64,000 bases of DNA, taken from the NCBI GenBank assembly GCA_041499475.1, contig JBGQKI010000009.1, positions 1,392 to 65,391 of the forward strand, given 5' to 3'. The DNA comes from Thermoplasmata archaeon. GTDB taxonomy: Archaea > Thermoplasmatota > DTKX01 > DATEUP01. Below, in pieces: positions 47,071 through 55,198 of this stretch. The notes under the pieces are model-generated. The model searched no databases. It saw nothing but the letters and a program-made list of their open reading frames with translations, and was not told where the DNA came from. The position numbers were made by a program, and so were the translations under genes. Position 1 is the stretch's first letter. The number at the start of each line of letters is the position of its first letter.

Positions 47071-47502
47071 CTACGAGAGCCAGCCGCCCTCGTCGTCCTC
47101 GCCTTCCTTGCCGTCGTCGCCGCGAGGCGCCGCTTCGAACTTGGATTCCTCATCGTCGTAGAACGAGGAGATGTCGAAGAGGAAGTCGACGTGCGCGCCG
47201 CACTCGGAGCAGGTGGTCTTGACGATGTCCGTGGGCCCCGAGGTCTCGGTGGGTGCGCGAACTTCTTCCATCTCGATTTCGAATCCGCCCCCGCAGCTAT
47301 GGGTGTCGCGCTGCACGATGTCCATTTCCTCTTCGCGGGCGCCCACGACAAACGGCCCGCGCGTCTTGATTTGGATGGTTTTTTCCTTGCCTGGCTTGGG
47401 CGCTTTCGCCGCCTTGGAAGCGGAGGCCGGGGCGGGCCGAGGCTCGCTCTGGACGGCCGCGCTGGGCTTAGGGTTTGCCGGGGTCTTCGCCGTCTTGGCC
47501 AA
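47071..47502 (-). CDS. Hypothetical zinc-ribbon protein (HxC...CxxC, FDISSF)
   Basis: K/A/P-rich N-terminus; THSCGG...CSECG...FLFDISSFY; acidic tail; start uncertain. Confidence 0.7.
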   Translation of the reverse strand: MAKTAKTPANPKPSAAVQSEPRPAPASASKAAKAPKPGKEKTIQIKTRGPFVVGAREEEMDIVQRDTHSCGGGFEIEMEEVRAPTETSGPTDIVKTTCSECGAHVDFLFDISSFYDDEESKFEAAPRGDDGKEGEDDEGGWLS

Positions 47503-47877
47503 GGTCTTCCGCGCAAGATTCGGCTGGGGGGTTTTTATGGCTTTGCACTTGACCGACCGCGGTGATTGCAAGAGGGGTTGAGAGGAGTGCGGTGGAGCGC
47601 GAGGCGCGAGGGACACGGAAGCGAGTGGGCCCAGCGAGGGCGCGGTTCGGGGTGCGCGCCTTTCGCGTGGTTCGCAGTGCCGCGTAACGACGTGATGCCG
47701 CCGCCGAGGCGCGCGCTGCGCAAGGCGATCCGCCTCGAACCGCACCGCGCATTCACGTGATTCTCCAAATGAAACTCAGGTGTCAGCCAGCGGACGTACG
47801 ATTCAAGTGCACGTGAAAGTGCGACCGTTCAACTCATATGCCCCGCGCGTATTACGATCCTGCGGCCCGGGTGGGAT

Positions 47878-48759
47878 GTGCCGACCAAGACCAGGCTCGA
47901 CCCAACCGCGGGCGGGGATTCCCCGCCCGCAGGGCAGGATGGGGCCCATGGGTCGGGCCGCGGTGACAACTTAGCAAGCGGCGGCGCTGGCGGGGCGCGC
48001 CCCGCAGACGCCACGGGTTTCATTGAATCGCTGGGCGCCCTTTCTGCGCACATCACGCAGCGCGAGGCCTTCGAGGCCGACGTGCGCCGCGGCTGGACGC
48101 GGATGGCGGGGGTGTGCGGGATCATCCTCGTGGCCGAATCGGTTGCGGGAGGCTTCATTGCAGCTCCCATCCCCGGCGCCCCGTTAGGCACGCCGAGCGC
48201 AGGCACGCTCGCGCTCTACGCCGCTGCGCTTGGCACCGCCGCGCTTGCGGCGCTGCTCTTTTCGGCGGCGGCGGCCGCGCCCTGGAGGGCGGCAGCCGAC
48301 CATGTGGACCGCGTTGCGCTTCGCCACGAGGACTCTCCGCTGCGCGACCGCATCCGGATCACACAGTGGATGCTCTTCGACGCGGCCCTCTCCCGGTTCT
48401 TGGCCAACGAGCGGCGCGTGAACGCGATCATTGCGCACGGCGTGATGCTCGTCTCGGTCATGGCCGCGCTCTGCCTCGCATTGCAGGGCCCCCTGCGTGC
48501 GGCCTTGGGCGACCCCGCCGACGGAAGTGGACGGGCAGCCTCGGCGAGCCTCGCGCTTTTCCTACTCCTTACGATCCTCGCCATTTTCTCAACCATGCGC
48601 TCGGGCAAGGAGTCGTTTGCCGCCGCGCAGCACTACGGGCGGCAGGTCCTCGCCTTCGACGAGGACTTCGGCGGGTTCCTCCCGCGCGCGGAAAGGGAGC
48701 ATGTTGCGAAGTTTGCCGCGGCGGGCGCAGCTTCAAGCGAAACAGAACAGGAAGCCTGA
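47878..48759 (+). CDS. Hypothetical 4-TM membrane protein
   Basis: Two TM hairpins separated by a soluble helical region. Confidence 0.6.
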   Translation: MPTKTRLDPTAGGDSPPAGQDGAHGSGRGDNLASGGAGGARPADATGFIESLGALSAHITQREAFEADVRRGWTRMAGVCGIILVAESVAGGFIAAPIPGAPLGTPSAGTLALYAAALGTAALAALLFSAAAAAPWRAAADHVDRVALRHEDSPLRDRIRITQWMLFDAALSRFLANERRVNAIIAHGVMLVSVMAALCLALQGPLRAALGDPADGSGRAASASLALFLLLTILAIFSTMRSGKESFAAAQHYGRQVLAFDEDFGGFLPRAEREHVAKFAAAGAASSETEQEA

Positions 48760-48929
48760 CGGGCCCTGTCACCGCCGTTGCACTGAAGGCCGGCGCGCGT
48801 GCGAACAGCCCGAATCCTGGGCGCGCCCGCAAGGGCGAGCGCGGCGGGTTTTCCGCGAAGGGTTAGCGCCCGTGCGGCGGGTCTCGACCGCGTCGACCCT
48901 CTCGGGAAGGCCGAGGTCAAAACTGCGGA

Positions 48930-49232
48930 TCAGACCCCGAGGAGCCGCCGCCTTGCCGTGATATCGAGCAGGACGACTTTCTCGGCAGCGCATTTCGGGC
49001 ACCGGAAGAAGTGCCGTTCGAAGTGCTTGCGCGGCTTGCGAACGGTTCGCGACTTCTTGACGGAAACCTCTTCCATGCCGTCGCTGCCGCAGTCGCAGCG
49101 GACTTCCTCCAAAATTTCATCGGATTCCTCGACGGAGCTGACCTCGAAGGGACCGAGCACCTCGGCTTCCTCGAAGGCCTCGGGCTTGCGCGGGCCCTTG
49201 GACGCGATTTCATCGTCGTCGGTCTGGTTCAA
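48930..49232 (-). CDS. Hypothetical zinc-ribbon protein (CxC...CxxC, LDIT)
   Basis: RCDCGS...RCPKCA...LLDIT. Confidence 0.75.
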   Translation of the reverse strand: MNQTDDDEIASKGPRKPEAFEEAEVLGPFEVSSVEESDEILEEVRCDCGSDGMEEVSVKKSRTVRKPRKHFERHFFRCPKCAAEKVVLLDITARRRLLGV

Positions 49233-49331
49233 GGGAGCCGCCCTTTTGCGCCCGGAGGTGCAAATTCGGCGACTGGCTTTGTCCTACATGAACCTTCGTG
49301 GAGGCGCGGGGAAGGCGGCGGGCGCCGTTTC

Positions 49332-49886
49332 CTAATGCTTGGTGAAATTCTTCTCGCCTGCGGTCACCGCGATCTTCAGCCAGTTCTCGGGGGGAGGGAG
49401 CGGACACGAGTACGCCTCGCTGTAGGCGCAGTACGGATTGTAGGCGAGGTTGAGGTCAAGGACCAGTTCGTCTCCCTCGGGCTCTTCGAGGTCGAGGTAG
49501 CGGCCGGCGCCGTAGGTCTCCTTGCCGCTCGTGGCGTCGCGGAAGGGGACGAAGAGGGTGTGCTCGTGCGGGTCATCCCCATTCTTGTAGGCAAACAGGG
49601 CGGCCGGGCCGTTGCGTGTGGTGAATTCAAGCCTCGCGAAGCGGAGCTGCTGGCGGGGCTCGCCTGTGGAGGTGGGCATTTCGAAAATGCCGCCGTCGGC
49701 GAGGCGCCTGAACTTAGCCTTGAGCTGCCAGGCCCCGTCGGGCGCGAAGTACGAAAGGCCCTCGAAGTCGGTCCGCTCGTGGGGGTCGACGGGCGACCAA
49801 CTCTCGTAGCGGAAGGCATCGTCTTTCTCCTGCCGCTGGCGCGCGATGCGGGAAGCGTAGGCGCCCTTGGCAGGAGCCGAAGACAT
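49332..49886 (-). CDS. DUF1684 family protein
   Basis: LFVPFRDATSGKETYGAGRYL, LDLNLAYNPYCAYS...CPLPPPEN. Confidence 0.93.
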   Translation of the reverse strand: MSSAPAKGAYASRIARQRQEKDDAFRYESWSPVDPHERTDFEGLSYFAPDGAWQLKAKFRRLADGGIFEMPTSTGEPRQQLRFARLEFTTRNGPAALFAYKNGDDPHEHTLFVPFRDATSGKETYGAGRYLDLEEPEGDELVLDLNLAYNPYCAYSEAYSCPLPPPENWLKIAVTAGEKNFTKH

Positions 49887-49941
49887 AGGGCGGAAAGCGG
49901 GCGGCGCTTATTTCAAAGTCCGGTTCACGAGGCGTCGAGCC

Positions 49942-50406
49942 CTAGGTCGCGCCGCCGCCGAGCTCCTTATCCATGTCGTTGAAATGCTGCTGGCCGTGGG
50001 CGATGAAGCCCTTGCGCATGCCGCCGCCAATGAACATCATGAGGAATTTCATGAACCCTTTGGGCGCAAGTTCGAGGCTGAAGTCCCACGAGGTGCCCCC
50101 TTCGGCGTTGCGCGAAACGAGGGTCTGGCCGTTCCAACCCCCCATGGTTGTGGTGCCCGTGGTGGTAATCTTGTTGGGCTTTCCCGTAAGGTCGACGACG
50201 ATCTTGCCGTTCCAGCGCTTGGTGGTGTCGGTGATCTCGACGTGGGCACCGTCGATCCAACGGACTTCGCGCTTCCAGGGCTCGCCCTTGTTTTCATTGC
50301 GGTAGTATTCGGCGGTGTGGTCGTCGGGCTGGTAGTTGGTCATGTAGGCCAAGACGGTCTCGGGAGGCAGTTTCGAATTGTAGGTCGTGTGCATTTTCCA
50401 AACCAT
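49942..50406 (-). CDS. SRPBCC/START-like fold protein
   Basis: LPPETVLAYMTNY N-terminus, beta-rich core, C-terminal helix. Confidence 0.7.
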   Translation of the reverse strand: MVWKMHTTYNSKLPPETVLAYMTNYQPDDHTAEYYRNENKGEPWKREVRWIDGAHVEITDTTKRWNGKIVVDLTGKPNKITTTGTTTMGGWNGQTLVSRNAEGGTSWDFSLELAPKGFMKFLMMFIGGGMRKGFIAHGQQHFNDMDKELGGGAT

Positions 50407-50494
50407 GGGGGAACCCGGGCGGCCAAGCGGGGGGAGCACGGCTTAAGTCTTGGCGCGCAACTTTCAAGGGGGAGAAAGGACGCCAGGCCGCCGG

Positions 50495-53400
50495 TCACGG
50501 GTCGTTCGGCTGGTCCTCCGCGCGGGCAAACTCATCGGCGCTCATCAGCCCCTTGAGGCTGTCTTCGAGGACGGGCTCAAGCGTGGCTTCGGGCATGCGC
50601 GCGTTCACCATTTCGGTGAAGGAGCGGTTGAATTCGGCGAGCAGCCCGGTGAGGGTTGCAGGCGAGTCGACGGCCACGAAAATCTCTACGGCGCGGCGGC
50701 TCTCGGACACGGTCGCGCGGATGATGACCGGGCTCTTCGAGTGCTTGGTCTGCCCGTAGAACCACGCCTTGCCGTCGAAGGGCGCGCCCGTGGCGATGTT
50801 GCGCACGAGGACGACGTGGTGGCGCTGGACCGCCTCGCGGACGATGCCGAACAGGTCCTTGTAGCCGGTGCCGGCGGGCAGCGAGAGCACGCGGTAGAGC
50901 TTGGAGTCGCGGGCGGCAAGCGAGTTCTCGATGAGCCGCTTCATCATCCCGGGGTTGGCGTGGTGCGGGGTGAAGAAGATGGGGCAGACGATTTCCTCGG
51001 TGCGCGGCTTCATCGGCACCGTGCGCTCGACACCGGAGGCGTCACGGAACGCGGCGATCCCCTCGATGTTCGTCCGACTGCAGGTTTGGGGGTCGAGGTA
51101 GTAGATCGCCCCCGCGCGCTCACCGGGACCGACGTCACCGATGCGCACGGTGAGCCCCTGGTGCTCGAGGCCGGCGGGCTCGATCTTGGCAAGGCGAAGG
51201 ACGTTCTGGTTGAACACGACGGTTACGGTCGCGTCGGTAAGCCGGCCGTCGGTCTGGTTCGCGATGGCCACGCGCAGGCGCACATAGCCCTTGTAGTGCT
51301 CGGTACCCGAGACGAGCTTGACCGTCTTCTCGCCGGAGGCTGCGCGTACCTCACCGCGGGTGAGGCCGACCGTGGCGGCGAAGATCGTGGAGGTAAAGGA
51401 GTCGATCCCCGCGAACGCGTCGCGGTCGCCGAACCAGCGCTCGACAACGCCCGCATAGGCCGATTCCATGCGCCGCAGGCAATCCCTGAGGTTGTCGGCG
51501 AGCTCCTGGTCGGGCTCGCCGTAGACGATGACGGCACCGAACAGGTGGGCGCTGCGGTCGAGGAGGATCGTGTTTTGTCCGTAGGTGAGCCTTGACAAAG
51601 CGCCCTCTTGGCCGAACGAGTCACGAATGAACTCGGTGACGGCGGTGAACATGGCGCCGAGGACTTCGGGGCTTTCGAATCCCGCCTCGCCGGCAGCCGA
51701 TTGGTGGTGGATGAGACGGCCGTCTTTGTAGAGGATGAGGAGCCCCTCGACAACGTGGGTGGGGCCGGCGGGGGGCGGCGAGGCAAGGACGGCGGCGGCG
51801 GCCTCGGCTTGGGCGGCCTCGGCGCGGGTGCTCTCGGCCTCGGCGGCGTCACGTTCTCGCCGGCGGTAGGCGCCAACGCCGATGGCCGAGACCGCGGCGG
51901 CGCCCATGAGCACGGCGGGTAGCAGAAGGCCAAACCCGCCCGGGGAGGCGGCCGAGGGGCCCGGGACGTTGGAGGCGCCGTTCACCGTCACCTTGCGCAC
52001 GTCGTACGCGGTGTTGCCCCAGGGGTCTCGGACTTCAAGTTGGACCTCATAGGTCCCCGGGAAGTCAAACTTGAACGCGGGGTCTTTGCCGGACAAGTTT
52101 ATCGACTCGTTGTTGTAGGTGAACGTCCAGAAGTACGCGGCCCCGCTGGAGAAGGCCGGGTCGTTGTCGGCCGCCGACGCGTGGAAGGCGACAGTGTCGC
52201 CCTGGACGGCCTCGACGTCGGCCCCGGCGTCCACGGTGGGCGGCGAAGTGTCGGGGCTCAAAACGGTGAGCATAAGCGTGGACTGCGCGCGGTTGCCCCA
52301 GGCGTCCACGGCGGTGAAGGTGAGCGGGAACGGGCCGAGTTTCATGAAGTTGAAGGAGGCCGAGGCGCCGCTGAGGTTTACCGGGAGCGAGTCGTAGGTG
52401 AAGGTCCAGTAGAGCGCGGCGCCGGCGGGGAACGACGGGTCGTTGTCGGAGACCTGCGCGGTAAGGGTAATCGGCGTGCCGGCCAAGACCGAGCGCGCGG
52501 CCCCAAGGTCGATCGATGGGGGCAGCTTGTCCGGCCGCTCGACGGTGAGGCGTATGATGGTGGTGTTGAGGTTGCCCCAGCCGTCGGCGACGGAGAAGGT
52601 AAGGGGGAACGTGCCGATGGCCCAAAAGGTGAAGGCGAGCGTTTGGCTTGGGATGTTGAGGGCCGTCGAGTTGTAGACGAAGGTCCAGAGAAAGGTGGCG
52701 CCGGAAGGGAACGACGGGTCGTTGTCGCTGACGTTGAGGGCAAGGGTGAAGGGCGTGCCGGCGTCGACGGCGAGGTCGGCGGCGGGCTCGATGGTGGGGG
52801 GGACGGTGTCGGGGCTGACGACCGTTACCCGCACGGTGGCTGCCGCCGCGTTGCCCCATCCGTCCGTGGCGGTGAACATGATGCCGTAAGTGCCGATTCT
52901 CCAGAACGTGAAAGACAAGTTTTCGGCGGCAACCGTGACGGGCGTGCCGTTGTAGGCAAACGACCATGCGAAGCGGGCGCCCGCGGGGTAGGCGGGGTCG
53001 TTGTCGGTGGTGTTGCCGAGAATCGAGAGGGGCGTGCCGGCCTCGACGGTGACTTCGGAGGGTGGGCCGAGGGTAGGGGGGACGGTGTCGGGGCTCACGA
53101 CGGTCACAGTGACGGTCGTCGTTGCGGTATTTCCCCAGCCGTCGGTGGCGCTGAAGTTGAGGGAATAGACGCCGAGCTTCCAGAAGGTGAAGGTCAGGTC
53201 CTCGCTCGACACGACGAAGGGCGTGCCGTTATGCGCAAAGGTCCACGAAAAACGAGCGCCTGCGGGGTACGCGGGGTCGTCGTCCGTGGTATTGCCAAGG
53301 ATGGTAATGGGCGTTCCCGCCTCAACGGAGATCGCTTGCGGTGGTCCAAGGACGGGGGCGACGGTGTCGGGGCTGAGCACGGTGACGTTGATGGAAGTCG

Positions 53401-54256
53401 CGGCGCGGTTGCCGGAGCGGTCGACGGCGGTGAAGGTGAGCGTGTAGGTGCCCAGGGTCCAAAACGTGAAGGAGACGTCGCGGCCCGAGAGGTTGACAGG
53501 GGTGCCGTTGTAGAGGAAGGTCCAAAAGAAGGAAGCGCCCACGGGGAAGACGGGGTCGTCGTCGCTCGCAGTGCCGTTGAGTGCGGTGGGGGCGCCGGCG
53601 AGGGCGGTGCGGTCGCCGCCGGCGTCGAGCGTGGGCGGGAGGGTGTCGTCGAAAGGCGGGAGGGCCTCGGCGATTTGGATGAGGGCAAGGCCGCCGGCCG
53701 CGACGTTGCCGGTGACCGCGCTGGGGGAGGAGGAGGTGATGGTGGCGCCCGTGACGTTGACGATCGTCCAGTTCGAGGGCACGGAGAGCGAGAAGTCGGC
53801 GGCGGCGCCCGAAGGCGGCAGGATGGTGGCGGTGTGGTTGAGGCCGACTGCGGAGGTGAGGTTGACCGTGCCGCTGAGGGTGATGGTGAGCTTGTTTTGG
53901 TTAACTGCGTGGTTGGCAAGTCCGCTGGTGGTGATGTTTAGGGATGACCAGGAGGTGGCGGCGTTGTCCCAACGCAGGGAGCCGGTCGCGTTGTTGAGGG
54001 AGGTCGCGGTCAGGTTGGCGGTGTAGGCATCGGCCTCGGCCTGGGTGACGGCGCCGTTGTTGTTTGTGTCGGCGACCTTGCGTTCGTTGGTGGCTTCGGT
54101 ACCGGAATAGGTTCGCACGACGGTGTAGTCAAGGGCGGTGCGGTCGGAGACGAGCGCGGTGTCGGCGCGCGAGTAGGCGAGCGCAGCGGGCGCGATGAGG
54201 AGGATTGCCGCGGCGGTTGCAAGGAAGATGAGAGTTTTTTGCCGCGTGGCAGTCAC
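50495..54256 (-). CDS. Single-pass surface protein: signal peptide, 6 PKD/Ig repeats, TM, cytoplasmic longin-like + adaptin-appendage-like domains
   Basis: GTG at 54256; six 93-aa repeats; TM followed by YRRRER; LILYKDGRLI...MFTAV.EFIRDSF domain, then beta-sandwich and alpha/beta platform. Confidence 0.85.
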   Translation of the reverse strand: MTATRQKTLIFLATAAAILLIAPAALAYSRADTALVSDRTALDYTVVRTYSGTEATNERKVADTNNNGAVTQAEADAYTANLTATSLNNATGSLRWDNAATSWSSLNITTSGLANHAVNQNKLTITLSGTVNLTSAVGLNHTATILPPSGAAADFSLSVPSNWTIVNVTGATITSSSPSAVTGNVAAGGLALIQIAEALPPFDDTLPPTLDAGGDRTALAGAPTALNGTASDDDPVFPVGASFFWTFLYNGTPVNLSGRDVSFTFWTLGTYTLTFTAVDRSGNRAATSINVTVLSPDTVAPVLGPPQAISVEAGTPITILGNTTDDDPAYPAGARFSWTFAHNGTPFVVSSEDLTFTFWKLGVYSLNFSATDGWGNTATTTVTVTVVSPDTVPPTLGPPSEVTVEAGTPLSILGNTTDNDPAYPAGARFAWSFAYNGTPVTVAAENLSFTFWRIGTYGIMFTATDGWGNAAAATVRVTVVSPDTVPPTIEPAADLAVDAGTPFTLALNVSDNDPSFPSGATFLWTFVYNSTALNIPSQTLAFTFWAIGTFPLTFSVADGWGNLNTTIIRLTVERPDKLPPSIDLGAARSVLAGTPITLTAQVSDNDPSFPAGAALYWTFTYDSLPVNLSGASASFNFMKLGPFPLTFTAVDAWGNRAQSTLMLTVLSPDTSPPTVDAGADVEAVQGDTVAFHASAADNDPAFSSGAAYFWTFTYNNESINLSGKDPAFKFDFPGTYEVQLEVRDPWGNTAYDVRKVTVNGASNVPGPSAASPGGFGLLLPAVLMGAAAVSAIGVGAYRRRERDAAEAESTRAEAAQAEAAAAVLASPPPAGPTHVVEGLLILYKDGRLIHHQSAAGEAGFESPEVLGAMFTAVTEFIRDSFGQEGALSRLTYGQNTILLDRSAHLFGAVIVYGEPDQELADNLRDCLRRMESAYAGVVERWFGDRDAFAGIDSFTSTIFAATVGLTRGEVRAASGEKTVKLVSGTEHYKGYVRLRVAIANQTDGRLTDATVTVVFNQNVLRLAKIEPAGLEHQGLTVRIGDVGPGERAGAIYYLDPQTCSRTNIEGIAAFRDASGVERTVPMKPRTEEIVCPIFFTPHHANPGMMKRLIENSLAARDSKLYRVLSLPAGTGYKDLFGIVREAVQRHHVVLVRNIATGAPFDGKAWFYGQTKHSKSPVIIRATVSESRRAVEIFVAVDSPATLTGLLAEFNRSFTEMVNARMPEATLEPVLEDSLKGLMSADEFARAEDQPNDP
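51978..53652 (-). repeat. Six tandem 279-nt intragenic repeats (PKD-like units)
   Basis: GGGTCGT(T/C)GTC anchors at 52158, 52437, 52716, 52995, 53274 and 53553, an exact 279-nt period. Confidence 0.9.
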
Positions 54257-54431
54257 CCGATCGCACGTTCGAAAACGAGCATAAAACCCTGATGGTGGCA
54301 CGTCGGCAGAATGAGAATTGTGGGCCCAGGGCCCAGGGGCGACCTAGCACCGCCGGTGCGCTGACCCGGCTCCGCCCCTTGCGCTGGCTGGCTCGTGGTA
54401 ACTTCGAGGATCGATCGATAGGGGGATGTTT

Positions 54432-55067
54432 CTATCGACCTTTGGGGGCCGGTAGGAACCGCCCGGTGCGCGCCCTATAGGCACGGTAGGCAGAACCGTG
54501 GACGGGGTCGGTCGAAAGGAGTTCTTCCTCGGCGCTGGCGCGCAGATTGGCGCAGAATATCGCGACGAGCAGGTAGGCGCCAAGCGCCGGCGAGGCGAGC
54601 GCGACGGCTTCGCCGACAACGAGGAGGAACACGCCCGTGTAGATGGGGTGGCGGATGCGGGCGTAGGGCCCGGTGGTCACGAGGCGCCCGCCTTCGCGCG
54701 CCTCAATGGCGAGGGCGAGCTCGGCGCCTAGGTGGAGGGCGGCCCATGCGATAAGGGCGCAACCGGCCACGACGAGGGCGGCGCCCGCGGCCGCCGACGG
54801 CAGGGTCGCAAAGCGGAGCATGGAGATCGGAGAGGCCAAGAGGAATTCCGGGACCGCGAGGCCCGCGAGCAACCCGAGCACGAGCGCCCCTTGCGTCCCG
54901 ACCCAAAGGCGGTCGACCCAAGCGGGGACTTGCCGCGCTCCACGGATCGGAGCGGCCTCGGCCTGGCGCCGCTTGTGCGACGGGATGAAGGAGCCTCCCG
55001 CCATCGCGGCATAGGCGGCGAGCATTGCAAGGGACGTGATGCGGACTTCGAACTCGCTGAGGGGCAA
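54432..55067 (-). CDS. Isoprenylcysteine carboxyl methyltransferase (ICMT/PEMT) family protein
   Basis: LVTTGPYARIRHPIY; EEE.L; YRAYRARTGRFLP. Confidence 0.92.
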   Translation of the reverse strand: MPLSEFEVRITSLAMLAAYAAMAGGSFIPSHKRRQAEAAPIRGARQVPAWVDRLWVGTQGALVLGLLAGLAVPEFLLASPISMLRFATLPSAAAGAALVVAGCALIAWAALHLGAELALAIEAREGGRLVTTGPYARIRHPIYTGVFLLVVGEAVALASPALGAYLLVAIFCANLRASAEEELLSTDPVHGSAYRAYRARTGRFLPAPKGR

Positions 55068-55198
55068 CGCGCGCCGCTCCGGCTCGGCTGGACAAAAGAC
55101 TTTCCTTCGCCCTGCACGAACGCGCGCGGCCGCCCCTCGCGAGAACCTTCATATCGCGTCCAGGGCTTTTCCGTGTACTTTGCCCCGGAGTGGTTCCC

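Noticed and set aside
47503-47877. SRP RNA or RNase P RNA in the long spacer
   Set aside because: It lacks the SRP helix-8 motif and the RNase P GAGGAAAGUCC/ACAGAA motifs
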